A stretch of DNA of 19,957 bases from Reclinomonas americana ATCC 50394 (taxonomy: Eukaryota), in assembly GCA_048213135.1 (NCBI GenBank), contig PS015389.1, positions 62,534 to 82,490 of the forward strand, written 5' to 3'. Position numbers and translations under genes: made by a program. The notes under the pieces were generated by a model. It did not search any database. It was not told the origin of the DNA and worked only from the letters and a program-made list of their open reading frames with translations. Each line of letters starts with the position of its first letter. Positions within the stretch are counted from its first letter, which is position 1. Positions 1-19,738 of the stretch are shown piece by piece.

Positions 1-22
1 CTCTCCCCCCCCCCCCTCCCAG

Positions 23-502
23 GCCTTCCCGCTCCCCGCCACCCGCCAAGCCTCGTTCGACCGCGCCATCACCGCCTGGTCCTACCCGGTCGTCATCGGC
101 GTCAACGCACTGGTGGCCGCGCTTGTCGCCGGCGCATGGCACCGCCTCCGACAGCGCCTGCACATGAATACCTACAGTACGCTGGAAGTGATTAGCGCGG
201 CCGACTGGCCACGCTACCAGAGGCTGGCCGCCGTGAATTTTGCGCGCTCTCGCCGCTACACCATGCTGGCGCTGGCACTCATCGGCGCCATCAACGGCTG
301 GGCATACAACGCGACGGCAGTTCGCGAGGTCGTCCGTCATGGCGGCTCCTCAGAGGAGGCCACCGTAACCTCGTCCGTGGTGGCGGCTGTGCGGACACTG
401 ATATTCCTCATTGTCGCCAATCGCGGCCTGTATGGTGTCGTGCCGTGCATTGCTGAAATCTTTTTGCCACGCGTCACCACGCACTATTTGGCCCCGTCGT
501 GA
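23..502 (+). CDS. Terminal exon of an uncharacterised small multi-pass membrane protein (5' part outside the window); paralogue of the gene at 1935-3141
   Basis: Polypyrimidine tract + CAG acceptor ends at 22. The frame is open from 23 (AFPLPATRQASFDRAITAWSYPVVIGVNALVAALVAGAWHRLRQ...) to TGA at 500-502. It has several hydrophobic segments and collinear similarity to the 2635-3141 exon. Confidence 0.75.
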   Translation, partial: AFPLPATRQASFDRAITAWSYPVVIGVNALVAALVAGAWHRLRQRLHMNTYSTLEVISAADWPRYQRLAAVNFARSRRYTMLALALIGAINGWAYNATAVREVVRHGGSSEEATVTSSVVAAVRTLIFLIVANRGLYGVVPCIAEIFLPRVTTHYLAPS

Positions 503-802
503 TGGACGACGAGCAGGGAGGCGCGCGAAGAATATGAATGGTGTTGTGGTCAAGGGAAGGGAGTTGGGAGTCCGCAGGATTTAATGTCCAAGGGTTGAAG
601 TCATGGGGGAAAAAGTGATGCCGGTGCTATCAAAGGGAACAATTGCCGCTCCAACCTGCACTGGAACAAGGGTAGCATGCACATAACCCACACGGCAGAG
701 CAGTGAACAGGACGCTAGGAGGTCACAGAGACGATTGTCGGGTTGTTGTCCGTTCTGTCATAGAGCGAACTATTAGCTGTTGTCCAGCACTTGTTTTTTT
801 CA

Positions 803-1050
803 ATGTTCCTTGTGCGCGGAAGTGGTGCACTGAGCCGCCTGTTCACGCGACGCCTCCATCGCGCACCATTCACCGACAGCGCGCCCACCAACAATGTCCC
901 CCCGACTGCACTCACAGTGGACGAGGTAGTGGCGAAGCACTTTAGCTGGTCACGCCCAAGCTTCGTGACATCCTCGTGCTCCCTCCTCCTCCTCCTCCTC
1001 CTCTGCTTCCTGGTCGTCCTTCTCGCCCTCTCTTCCTGTCCTTCTATCTT

Positions 1051-1081
<31 letters not shown>

Positions 1082-1865
1082 CCTCCTCTTCTTCCTTCTC
1101 CTCTTCCTCCTTCTTCCTCTTGTTCTTCTTCTTCTCCTCCTCCTCCCCCTCCTCCTTCCTCTTCGCCTTCTCCTCCTTCTTCTCTCACTCACTCCCCGCA
1201 CAGTCCTCGGCAAATTGGGTCTCCTCTGCGCTGCCTTCGCCTCTGCCGCCGGAGTCCTCGAGTGGTACGTGCGAGGAACACAATCTGCCGAGTGCGCAGC
1301 CATGCACCTGGCCAGCCTACAACAGGAGCAACCGATCGCCGACGAGAGCAGTACTAGTGTGGTGAATGCGTTGACGTTTGTTGAGTGCGCCTTGTCACTG
1401 AGCGGATCGTCGGGGCGAGTGGACTCTGCCGTGGAAGAGTCGATGAGAGCGTTTGTTACTGGACCGGGTACGTCGTTCAGCTCACGGGATGGAAAGCTTC
1501 CAGTGGGCTCAATGGTGTGGTGCACTCAGTGGTCAACCACTCGGCGCCGTTGTTGGTCGACGAGACGAATGGACCGGTGTTGGTGGAGGCACTCAAGCGC
1601 ATGCTGCGAGAGGAGAACAGTCGGATTCGTGAGGCGCTTCGGCGAGCGCTGTTGGTGCCGTTGCATGGTGTGCTTCATGTTTTTCCGAGGTTGTTGCTCG
1701 GCGCCACGGTCTCACTGGTCAACAGATGCGACCAGTGCTGTGGCTGGTGCGTATGCTGCACATTTGTGCCGTGGCGATCTGCCTCGTGTGGTGCATGAGT
1801 GTGATCCGGTGCTGTTTGCGACGCTGGTGGATGCGCTTCGCCGATTCCGTTGCGTGTACGGTTGA
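803..1865 (+). CDS. Uncharacterised ~189-aa protein with an N-terminal hydrophobic segment; exons 803-811(?), 930-948(?), 1204-1467, 1530-1667, 1726-1865
   Basis: Phase-consistent GT-AG introns 1468-1529 (gtacgt..ctcag) and 1668-1725 (gtgtgc..aacag) join frames into ...VLGKLGLLCAAFASAAGVLEWYVRG...RRFRCVYG*. The two 5' microexons (MFL|WRSTLA|V) are tentative. Confidence 0.55.
978..1190. repeat. (CTC)n/(CTT)n pyrimidine microsatellite inside an intron
   Basis: Directly visible. It is the source of the spurious poly-S/P/F/E/R ORFs. Confidence 0.95.
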
Positions 1866-1934
1866 GTGGCGCAGGGGCGTCTTTGTCTGACAGTCTGTCG
1901 GGTGGGTCTCTGCGCAGCGCAATGTGCCGTGTAC

Positions 1935-3141
1935 ATGGAGTCGCTTCCGCCGCCGACCGAGGAGGTTTGTGACTTGTTGGGTCCACTTTGACATCATCTC
2001 GCTCTTCTCGGTGTCGCTGCATCGCTCCTCCTCCTCCCGCTGTCGCTGCATCGCTCCTCCTCTCGCCGTCGCTGCGTCGCTCCTCCTCTCGCTGTCGCTG
2101 CATCGCTCCTCCTCTCGCTTTCGCTGCGTCGCTCCTAGCCTCCGCTCGCCGTCGCTGCATCGCTCCTCCGCTCGCCGTCGCTGCATCGCTCCTCCTCTCG
2201 CTGTCGCTGCGTCGCTCCTCCTCTTGCTGTCGCTGCGTCGCTCCTCCGCTCGCCGTCGCTGCGTCGCTCCTCTTCTCACTGCCACTGCGTCGCTCCTCCT
2301 GCTGTCGCTGCATCGCTCCTCCTCTCGCTGTCGCTGCGTCGCTCCTCCTCTCACTGTCGTTGCGTCGCTCCTCCTCTCGCTGTCGCTGCGTCGCTCCTCT
2401 TGCCTGTCGCTGCGTCGCTCCTCCTCTCGCTGTCGCTGCATCGCTCCTCCTCTCGCTGTCGCTGCGTCGCTCCGCCTAGGCCTTCCGCTGCCAGTGCCTC
2501 GCTCCTCTTGCCGTCGCTGCGTCGCTCCTCCTCTCACGATCACTGTTGCTGCATCGCTCCTCTTCTCAATCTTCGTCTCCCTCCCTCCCACCAATTCTGT
2601 CTCGCTAATTGACTCTCCTCTCGGTCGCACACAGCCTCTCCGCCAAGGTACTCCTCGTGTCAGTCTGAGCTCGATCGCATTTGGCGACATGCAGCCCCTG
2701 GACCTGGCCGGTCACGCCGCACTCTACGTAATGTCGAGCGCAGCATTCACTGCTGGGTGGTACTACTTCCGACAGGCGTGGTTCACCAAAGCTGCATTCC
2801 TCGGCCCAGCCGCACTCTCCGAAGCCGACAGGCCACGCTTCCTCCAGCTGACAGGCAAAATGTTTCCCCGTGCACGACTGCGTGGCATGTTGCTGATCAG
2901 CCTCGTGTGCCTCGGCAATGTGCTCCTCCTGGACGATCTGGCAGTTCGTTGGCTGCTTCACGGCGGTGCGTCGTGGCAGACGTCGACGGTGATGAACGGT
3001 GTGGTGTCCGCCGCACAGACGCTGGCGGTGTTGATCGCTATCTTCAGGCAAACGTACCCGATTGTGCCGTACTTCGCGTCCGTGTTCTTTGCTGGATTCC
3101 TGTTAACGAATGCCCTGACTGGATCTGGAGCGCGGCAGTGA
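1935..3141 (+). CDS. Uncharacterised ~178-aa multi-pass membrane protein; exons 1935-1964, 2635-3141
   Basis: ATG GAG TCG CTT CCG CCG CCG ACC GAG GAG|gtttgt ... cacacag|CCT CTC, phase 0. Reads MESLPPPTEEPLRQGTPRVSLSSIAFGDMQPLDLAGHAALYVMSSAAFTAGWYYFRQ...GSGARQ* and has 3-4 hydrophobic stretches. An alternative start at ATG 2689 is possible. Confidence 0.7.
1998..2565. repeat. Intronic minisatellite, ~26-nt unit TCGCTGTCGCTGCRTCGCTCCTCCTC, roughly 20 degenerate copies
   Basis: Directly visible tandem units. It explains the repetitive ORFs on both strands (CRCIAPPLAVAASLLL / RRSDAATARGGA). Confidence 0.95.
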
Positions 3142-3232
3142 AGTGTGAGAGACAGACACTGATGGAGAAGTCGAAGGGACTTGTAAATGTGGCGAACGAA
3201 TTGTTTTGATATTGTCGAAGTACGGCGCACAG

Positions 3233-3492
3233 GTCGAGCTCACCGTGGCGTACCGGAAGGACGAGGAGGCACCACAGGAGGCGTACGACCGCAAGGCGGC
3301 GAAGTATGCCGAGCTGATGGAGAAGATCCGAACGCACACTAGTACTGGAGCGGTGGTTACATTTGTTTTCACGCAAGTTGGAACGTGTGCACAGACCACC
3401 CGGGCGTCGTTGAAGAAGATGGGCATTGAGTGGTGGACAGGTGCTGCGTGGAGATCCTCCGGGCGGACTATGCGATGTTCGCTTTAATTTAA
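3233..3492 (+). mobile_element. Degenerate 3' fragment of an RLE-type (R2/NeSL/HERO-like) non-LTR retrotransposon endonuclease
   Basis: VELTVAY...EAYDRKAAKYAEL...VFTQVG...TRASLKKMGI matches the ELTV...A.ERKxxKYxxL...G...LKKLGI pattern of restriction-like endonuclease domains. The upstream PD motif and RT are absent. There is an apparent frameshift near 3430 to VVDRCCVEILRADYAMFALI*. Confidence 0.6.
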
Positions 3493-3994
3493 ATTTCCGC
3501 TCGCAAGCCGGCTCAAAACCAGAACCAAGCAAACAATCTTCCACTCGCAGCAGCCTCAGAGCAACTAGAACCATCGCGTCGCTACTGCAGCACACCCAGC
3601 TTTAACGAGTTCAGCGTCTACGCAGGCCGCTGACACTATTTGCGCCACGAAATCCTTTTGAGGCCAACATGCGTTTGATTGGCTTTGTCTCCTGAAAGGG
3701 AAGATGACTGTTGGAGAAGTAATTATGTGTGTTGTATGTTGCTGGTCTGCCAAGATCATTGTCGGCAAGGGATTTTGTGGACACTTGCAATTGTCGCATT
3801 ATTCAACTGGCAGGACACGGAGCTCATCGTCTATTAAACAGCACCAATCAGCGGTCAGCTACAAAACAGGGAATTCGCAGTCGAGAGTATAGCGGGCACA
3901 GAGCGCAAAAAATGGAGCCTTGAAGAAAGGGTGGGTGTTGGACAAGCAATCCGCACACAGGACACGAAGTTGTTGGTCGTTTTTTCGCAACACA

Positions 3995-11860
<7,866 letters not shown>

Positions 11861-12038
11861 CATGGGGAAAGTACACGCCGTGTGTTGTTCGGTCGGTTTG
11901 TGTGCATGTATTCGTGTCTTGCACTTTTGCATGTCGTAGCGAGTGAGACTTGTGTGAGTACGCTGCACGAGTAGGAGTAGACCGCATGCGAGAAAACACG
12001 CCAACCCGCCGGGTACGCATGAGTGAGCCGTCAAGAGG

Positions 12039-12059
12039 TGCCGGATTTGAAATCCGGCA
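12039..12059. promoter_or_regulatory. Perfect inverted repeat TGCCGGATTT-G-AAATCCGGCA upstream of the kinase gene
   Basis: 10-bp arms with a 1-nt spacer, about 150 nt upstream of ATG 12211. Function is inferred only. Confidence 0.35.
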
Positions 12060-12210
12060 ATGTGACAAATAATCCACGCCACACGACAGAGTCTGGCGGA
12101 CAGAAAAGATTTCTAGAAAACCACACCAGTTGCTGCGCGAAGACAAGGCGGTCTGTGTGCAAGGAGCGGACAGTACGTGTAGCAATTAATTCAGTCTCGG
12201 TAACAAGACA

Positions 12211-15200
12211 ATGAGGTACGCAGCGCTGCCGTTGCTTTGTTTTCTCCGATGCATGTTTTTTTGTTTGTTGTCAGACATTCTCACATTCCCATATTCTCTG
12301 TTTTGTCTGTTCACCGAATAGTGCTCGTCGCCGGAAGCCGAGGGAGGTTGCATGGAAGACGGCGTCTCGTGGCGACGTGGAGGCACTTCGCGAGCTGGTG
12401 GCCAGTGAGGGCGCGGAGACTCTCTTGCAAAGTGGCGAGATGCGAGAGGGTGGCTGGTCGGCATTTTACTATGCTGCCTTCGAAGGCCATCTGTCTGTGT
12501 TGGAGTACTTGTGGGGGGAGAGTGGCGTCGGCCTGCAACTCGCGCAACTGGTCACCGACGATGGGTACACCCCGCTGATGGTGGCTGCCTACAATGGGCA
12601 GCTGGGTGTTGTGGAGTGGCTGGTTGCTGATGAGCGACGATGCTCGCCGGAGATGGTGCGGGCGGTCACGAAAAGAGAGCAGTGCACTGCCCTACACTGT
12701 GCCGCCGAGGTCGGCCAGGAAGCCATTGTGCGACTCCTGGCCATCCGCTTTCCCGACCTCATTCCCCTGGTCAACGAGGCGGGCAAAACTGCGTCTCAAG
12801 TGGCTCGCGGGATCGGCAAGCGGGAGGTGGCCGAGTTGCTAGACCGCCTCGCTGCGCAGCCAGCTTCAGTAACCGAACAGCAGGCTCCTCCTCCCGCATC
12901 CGCTGCGAGGTTCGCTGCTTTGCGCCTTGTGCTGTGTCGATGGCGCCGACTTACACACGTGCGTTGTTGTTGTTGTTGTTGCTGCTGTTGTGGACAGCGG
13001 GCGACCTGTCCAGCAGCAGAGGAAGAGAGCATTCGAGATGGCCGCAGATGGCGAGGTGGACTCGCTGTGCGAATTGGTTGTACGCGAGGGCCCAGCTGGC
13101 ACACTGCTCCGCATACTGATGGAGGAAAGAGACAAGTACGGTGGCACGGCATTCTTCGTTGCCGCTGCCCATGGCCATCTCCACGTGGTAGAATACTTGT
13201 GGGAGGAGAGTGGCGCTGGGCCACAACTCGCAACTACCGTGAACAACTTTGGTTGGACGCCGCTGATTGTCGCATGCGCCTGTGGCCGTCGTCAAGTAGC
13301 GGATTGGCTGCTTGCCGACGAGCGACGCTGTTCGTCTCAGATGGTGCTGGCAGTCGCCAGTGACCGCGACGACTTCCCGCACTCCACAGCTCTGCACTTT
13401 GCTGCTAAGAATGGCCACGAGGCCATCGTGCGACTCCTCGCCACTCGCCATCCCAACCTCGTTCCCATGGTCAACAGGTGGGGCAAGACAGCAGCTCAAT
13501 GGGCTCGCGACGAGAGCAAGCAGCAAGTTGCTGATTGGTTGGACCGTTTTGCTGTGGAGCAACAGCAACGTCAACAGCAGCAGCAGCAACAGCTACCGCA
13601 ACAGCGAACTACGCGACCTCGCGTTCCCGAAGGTGTGAACTCATTCTTTTCAAACAATGTTGCCTGTAATTCTTGCTCATGTACGTAATTGTGCTTCGCC
13701 ATATTGAAGGAGGGCTCATTCCCCGGGGCCCTGGAGTGGACTACCGACTGAACGGTGTCCTGTCGGAATCGTCGGGCTGCTCTCGATTGCACCAAGCCGT
13801 GCGCCAATCAGATACTGAGGACCAAGTTGAGTGTCTCTGCTATCGTGACATGTATGGAGTAGAATTGCACTGACACGAAGCTACAGAAAGTGGTTATCAA
13901 AGTATTTGGGCGACAACACCGTGCGCTATTTGATCGCGAGTGCCGCGTGCTTTCAGCTCTGCGTGAGTCGATTCCACGTCATGTTGTACGCGTGGTTGAC
14001 GTATGGGAGGACTACATACCAGGCGAAGAGGACGCTTTGGTGTTGGAGCTCGGTAAGGTGTCGCTTGCTGAGCGCCTTGAGATCCGCACCGACAGGTTGG
14101 TGGAGAAGTCCTTGTCGACCTGCAACTTGAGACTGATGCTGTCTCCGTGACGCACAGCGTCTCGCTCTCCGTACGACGAGCACAAATTACGCATATGTTC
14201 GAGTGCGTGCAGCAACTGCATGGCACCGGATTCGTGTGGCTCGACTGCAAGCCGGCCAATGTTGCGTCTCGAGACGGGAAAGTATCACTGCACCGCTCCT
14301 CAGGGCGCCAAACCTTCGTCGTTGCGTGCATGCGTGCAGTTTGTCTTCTTCGACGACGACGATCCACGGAAGCCGGAGCGATTGTGCATGATCGATTTTG
14401 ACAGCTCAGTCGAGCGTGGTACGTTTCCAGTTCCTTCAACTTTGACGTGCGCAGCACAGTTACTGATTCGAAGCGGCACAGGGAAGGCTGCTGCCGGTGT
14501 CTGGACTCCTGCATATGGTTTGCGCGACAGTGGGACCCAGACCCACCAGTCTAAAGATCTATATTATTCTCACCCGACTGTCCGCTCTCCTGCAGCACCC
14601 CCTGAACGATTCCTGGCGGAGCGCGACGGCACGCCATTTGTGGCGCAGCAAAGCTGCGACGTGTGGTCTCTCGGCATCTCGGCATTGGAGGTACTCTCCG
14701 ACTCCATTTGGTTCCGCACCAAGGGTATTGATGCCAGTGACCTCGGCACGGTGCTGACCGACCGCGCTCGCGTTGAGTCGGTGAGTGATCACTTTTGTTA
14801 TGCGTCTCGTTTCTTGCTTGCCGTCTCACTTGGACACATAGATGTTCTCCAAGAATTCTCTGATGCAAGCATTCAACCTGCGACCCGAGTTTGCCAGTCT
14901 CATTTCCAAGATGCTTGTGTTTGATCCGCTGGCTCGTCCGTCTGTGAACGCTCTGCTGCGGGGCGACGCAGTGTTCACGGGTGCCTCGCACACTCAAAGC
15001 GTGATGGGAGCGTGCGTATTCTTTACTATTGCTTGTGCCGTTGGGGTTGATGTCTAATCGCCCTTTGCTCGCAGGTTGGTGAATACGGCCAATGAACTTC
15101 GTCGGGGCCAGTCGGGTGAATTTTGAGCGCTTTCATCGCTGCAACATTGTCGCTGCTCACCATTGTAGTGACCTGTGACCCCAGACATCTTGAATGCGGT

Positions 15201-16951
15201 GGCGCAGCAGGCGCTGAGTCGATGCCCGTCATTGTGCTTTGTGCTACCGGAAAGGATGGACTCGTGGTTCTCTCGTGCTGCGGCGCGAGTTAGCGTTCAC
15301 GAGAAGTTGCGCCTCTCCTCCTCCCTATTGTGCTGATCTCGTGCGTCTCGTTTTTCACATTAGTATTGACATAGGTTCCGTCTGTTCGTATTTTGCGAGT
15401 TTCAAGTTGTGTTGCCGACGGCGTTGTTCCCCTCCGCCAAAGGCTTCCCAGTGGTGCGCCCATGTGTTTCACTTCCGTTGTTCAACAAAAGGAATTCACT
15501 GCATGTCGGTCCGAACAAACAGGGCGAGCAGCGCGTTCGCGTGACACCACTTTGGCACCCAACGGGGCACGATGGAGCGAAGCTGGTCCGCGAGAAAGAT
15601 TGGTGGGTGAAGTTGTCCAAGATCGTGGTACCGGCTCTGAAGGTGGCTGGCTTCATGGCGCGTTGTGGGCAAGCAGTGCGTTTTTGATTTGTGTCGGTGC
15701 CATTTTTCAGTCGCGCCGCGACGCTTACATTGTCAAACGTGGCACAGTGTGGCTTCCCCGTTCCGGACCTGTCGGGCTTTGTGGAGATAGCGAAGGAGTC
15801 GTTCACGAGTTGCGCACTCTACCACTGGTCCGTCTGTGCAAGCACGTAGTGCTCACCATCGAGCTGTCCTCTCGCAGCTCTTGTCACGGAGTTGCGCTGC
15901 GAGCAAAAGATTGATGGTCTTGCCAATCTGCAAGCAAGGTTGGTCGCTGTTCTGTTTGCATTGCATGATTACAACCACTAACTCACTTGTGCGCAGCGAC
16001 GAAGAGCCGTCGGATGCAGTGCTGCCGCGGCGGGTGACGGGGTGAGTGACATGCGACTCTTACCTAGAATCAAGCCGTTTTGTGTGCTTAAGTTGAATTC
16101 GCACAGCGAGGCTCTCGAGCAAGCGCGCGATGCGCTGGGTCTCACCAGTGCACAGCGCACTTCGGTGGCAGGCGTCACAGCCGTGATGGTGACACGCGGC
16201 GGTCCAGCGGGTCCGGTCGGCGACTTTTTGTGGGTGTGCGAAGATCATGCGCGGCTGATCGACGACTGGAACAAGTATCACATTCAAGACGAGATCACAT
16301 TCCTCGATCGCGCTCTCCGTGTGTGCGAATGTGGTAGGCGCTACTTGGAGTTACGTCTGCTTCAGCTTTTCGCACTTGAGCTTCTGCGATGCAGGCGTGC
16401 TGATTTGCTGAAGTACAGTCCACGCGGGCCGCCGTTGACCGGTGCCAGTGGAGTACTTGTTTCAGAGGTAGATTCCTCGTCTCCGGCCGCTGGATCTGGA
16501 GCCAGCGGCAGTGGCAGCGGCAGTGGATCTGGCTCGGCATCCCCGTCGTCCCCATCGTCGCGGACGTGCTTGGTGAAGAAGTTGAGCAGATCCGCGTTAT
16601 ATGTCGGTATCGCTTGCTGCTGCTGACGACGAGTGTGTGTTCAGGAGATCCTCCTCGAGTATTGGACGGAGTTGGAACGATCGATTCCTGGTGTTGGATG
16701 CTGCTGCGCGTGTGCTTCGACGCTTCAAGGACTCGACATGCAAAAAACTGATTGACGAAATGTCGCTCGACGGCAAGTCGTTTACGGCCAGTGACGTGCG
16801 CTGCGAGTTGGCCTTCTTCGACACTGGCAGCGACCCTGCCAAACCCGAATCGCTTGTGCACATGCGCTTCCCCTCTTTGCCGGAGCTGCAAGCGTGGAGC
16901 CACGATCTGGAGCTTCTTGGGGTGCCGCGTGTGAATGTGGATCTCAAGTGA
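12211..16951 (+). CDS. Ankyrin-repeat Ser/Thr protein kinase with C-terminal PH domain, ~1131 aa, 20 exons: 12211-12215, 12322-12909, 12998-13632, 13710-13825, 13887-14095, 14158-14260, 14340-14418, 14482-14517, 14596-14780, 14842-15011, 15075-15115, 15185-15305, 15375-15453, 15523-15675, 15748-15808, 15878-15938, 15997-16041, 16107-16322, 16395-16580, 16645-16951
   Basis: Phase-consistent GT-AG model (3396 nt). Ankyrin motifs: GYTPLMVAAYNGQ, TALHFAAKNGHEAIVRLL. Poly-Q linker. Kinase motifs: VVIK, FDRE, WLDCKPAN, DFD, TPAYAPPE, DVWSLG, DPLARP. PH-like LVKKR...RSWNDRFLVL and terminal helix ELQAW. A few internal boundaries (15676, 16323) are less certain. Confidence 0.85.
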
Positions 16952-17033
16952 GTTTGGGGCACGTACACATTTGGAGTAAGCAACGCGTGCACATGCGTCT
17001 GTATATTGTGGAAGGTGAATACATCAACAGCTG

Positions 17034-17039
17034 AATAAA
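17034..17039 (+). promoter_or_regulatory. Candidate polyadenylation signal AATAAA for the kinase gene
   Basis: Located about 80 nt downstream of the TGA ending at 16951. Confidence 0.4.
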
Positions 17040-17291
17040 TCGGCGTCTCCTGCGTTCTGCATGCGCGTGCGTCGCCGGGTATTATTGCAATTACAACTTT
17101 GCATCACGTCTTTGCAAGATCCAAGGCCGTTTTTTTGCAGCCATTTCTTGAATCTTCATCAAAGCTATCGATAGCTGCAAGTTTCCTCGCTATCTGTGCC
17201 CAAACCCGCGACTTCCATCACGAAGTCCTCGCAGGACCACCAGGACACCTCCTTCCGCAATGCTGCTGCCACGCACTGCCCGCGCAGTGCC

Positions 17292-19738
<2,447 letters not shown>

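Noticed and set aside
894-948. Possible TAG readthrough or stop-codon reassignment (ATG 894 ... TAG 927-929 in frame with the next exon)
   Set aside because: The TAG is better explained as a splice acceptor. None of the well-supported exons contains an in-frame stop, and the TPR gene ends naturally at TAG 11858-11860.
715-1525. Poly-E/R/S/P/F ORFs on both strands
   Set aside because: Translations of an intronic CTC/CTT microsatellite.
1675-2690. Repetitive minus-strand ORFs (RRSDAATARGGA...)
   Set aside because: Products of the 26-nt minisatellite inside a GT-AG intron; the unit length is not a multiple of 3.
14261-14340. Reading the shifted donors as non-canonical TT-starting introns (G|TTGCGT)
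   Set aside because: Keeping the frame would force the acceptor off AG by one base (e.g. to end in AGT). GT-AG boundaries give correct motifs wherever both ends are visible.
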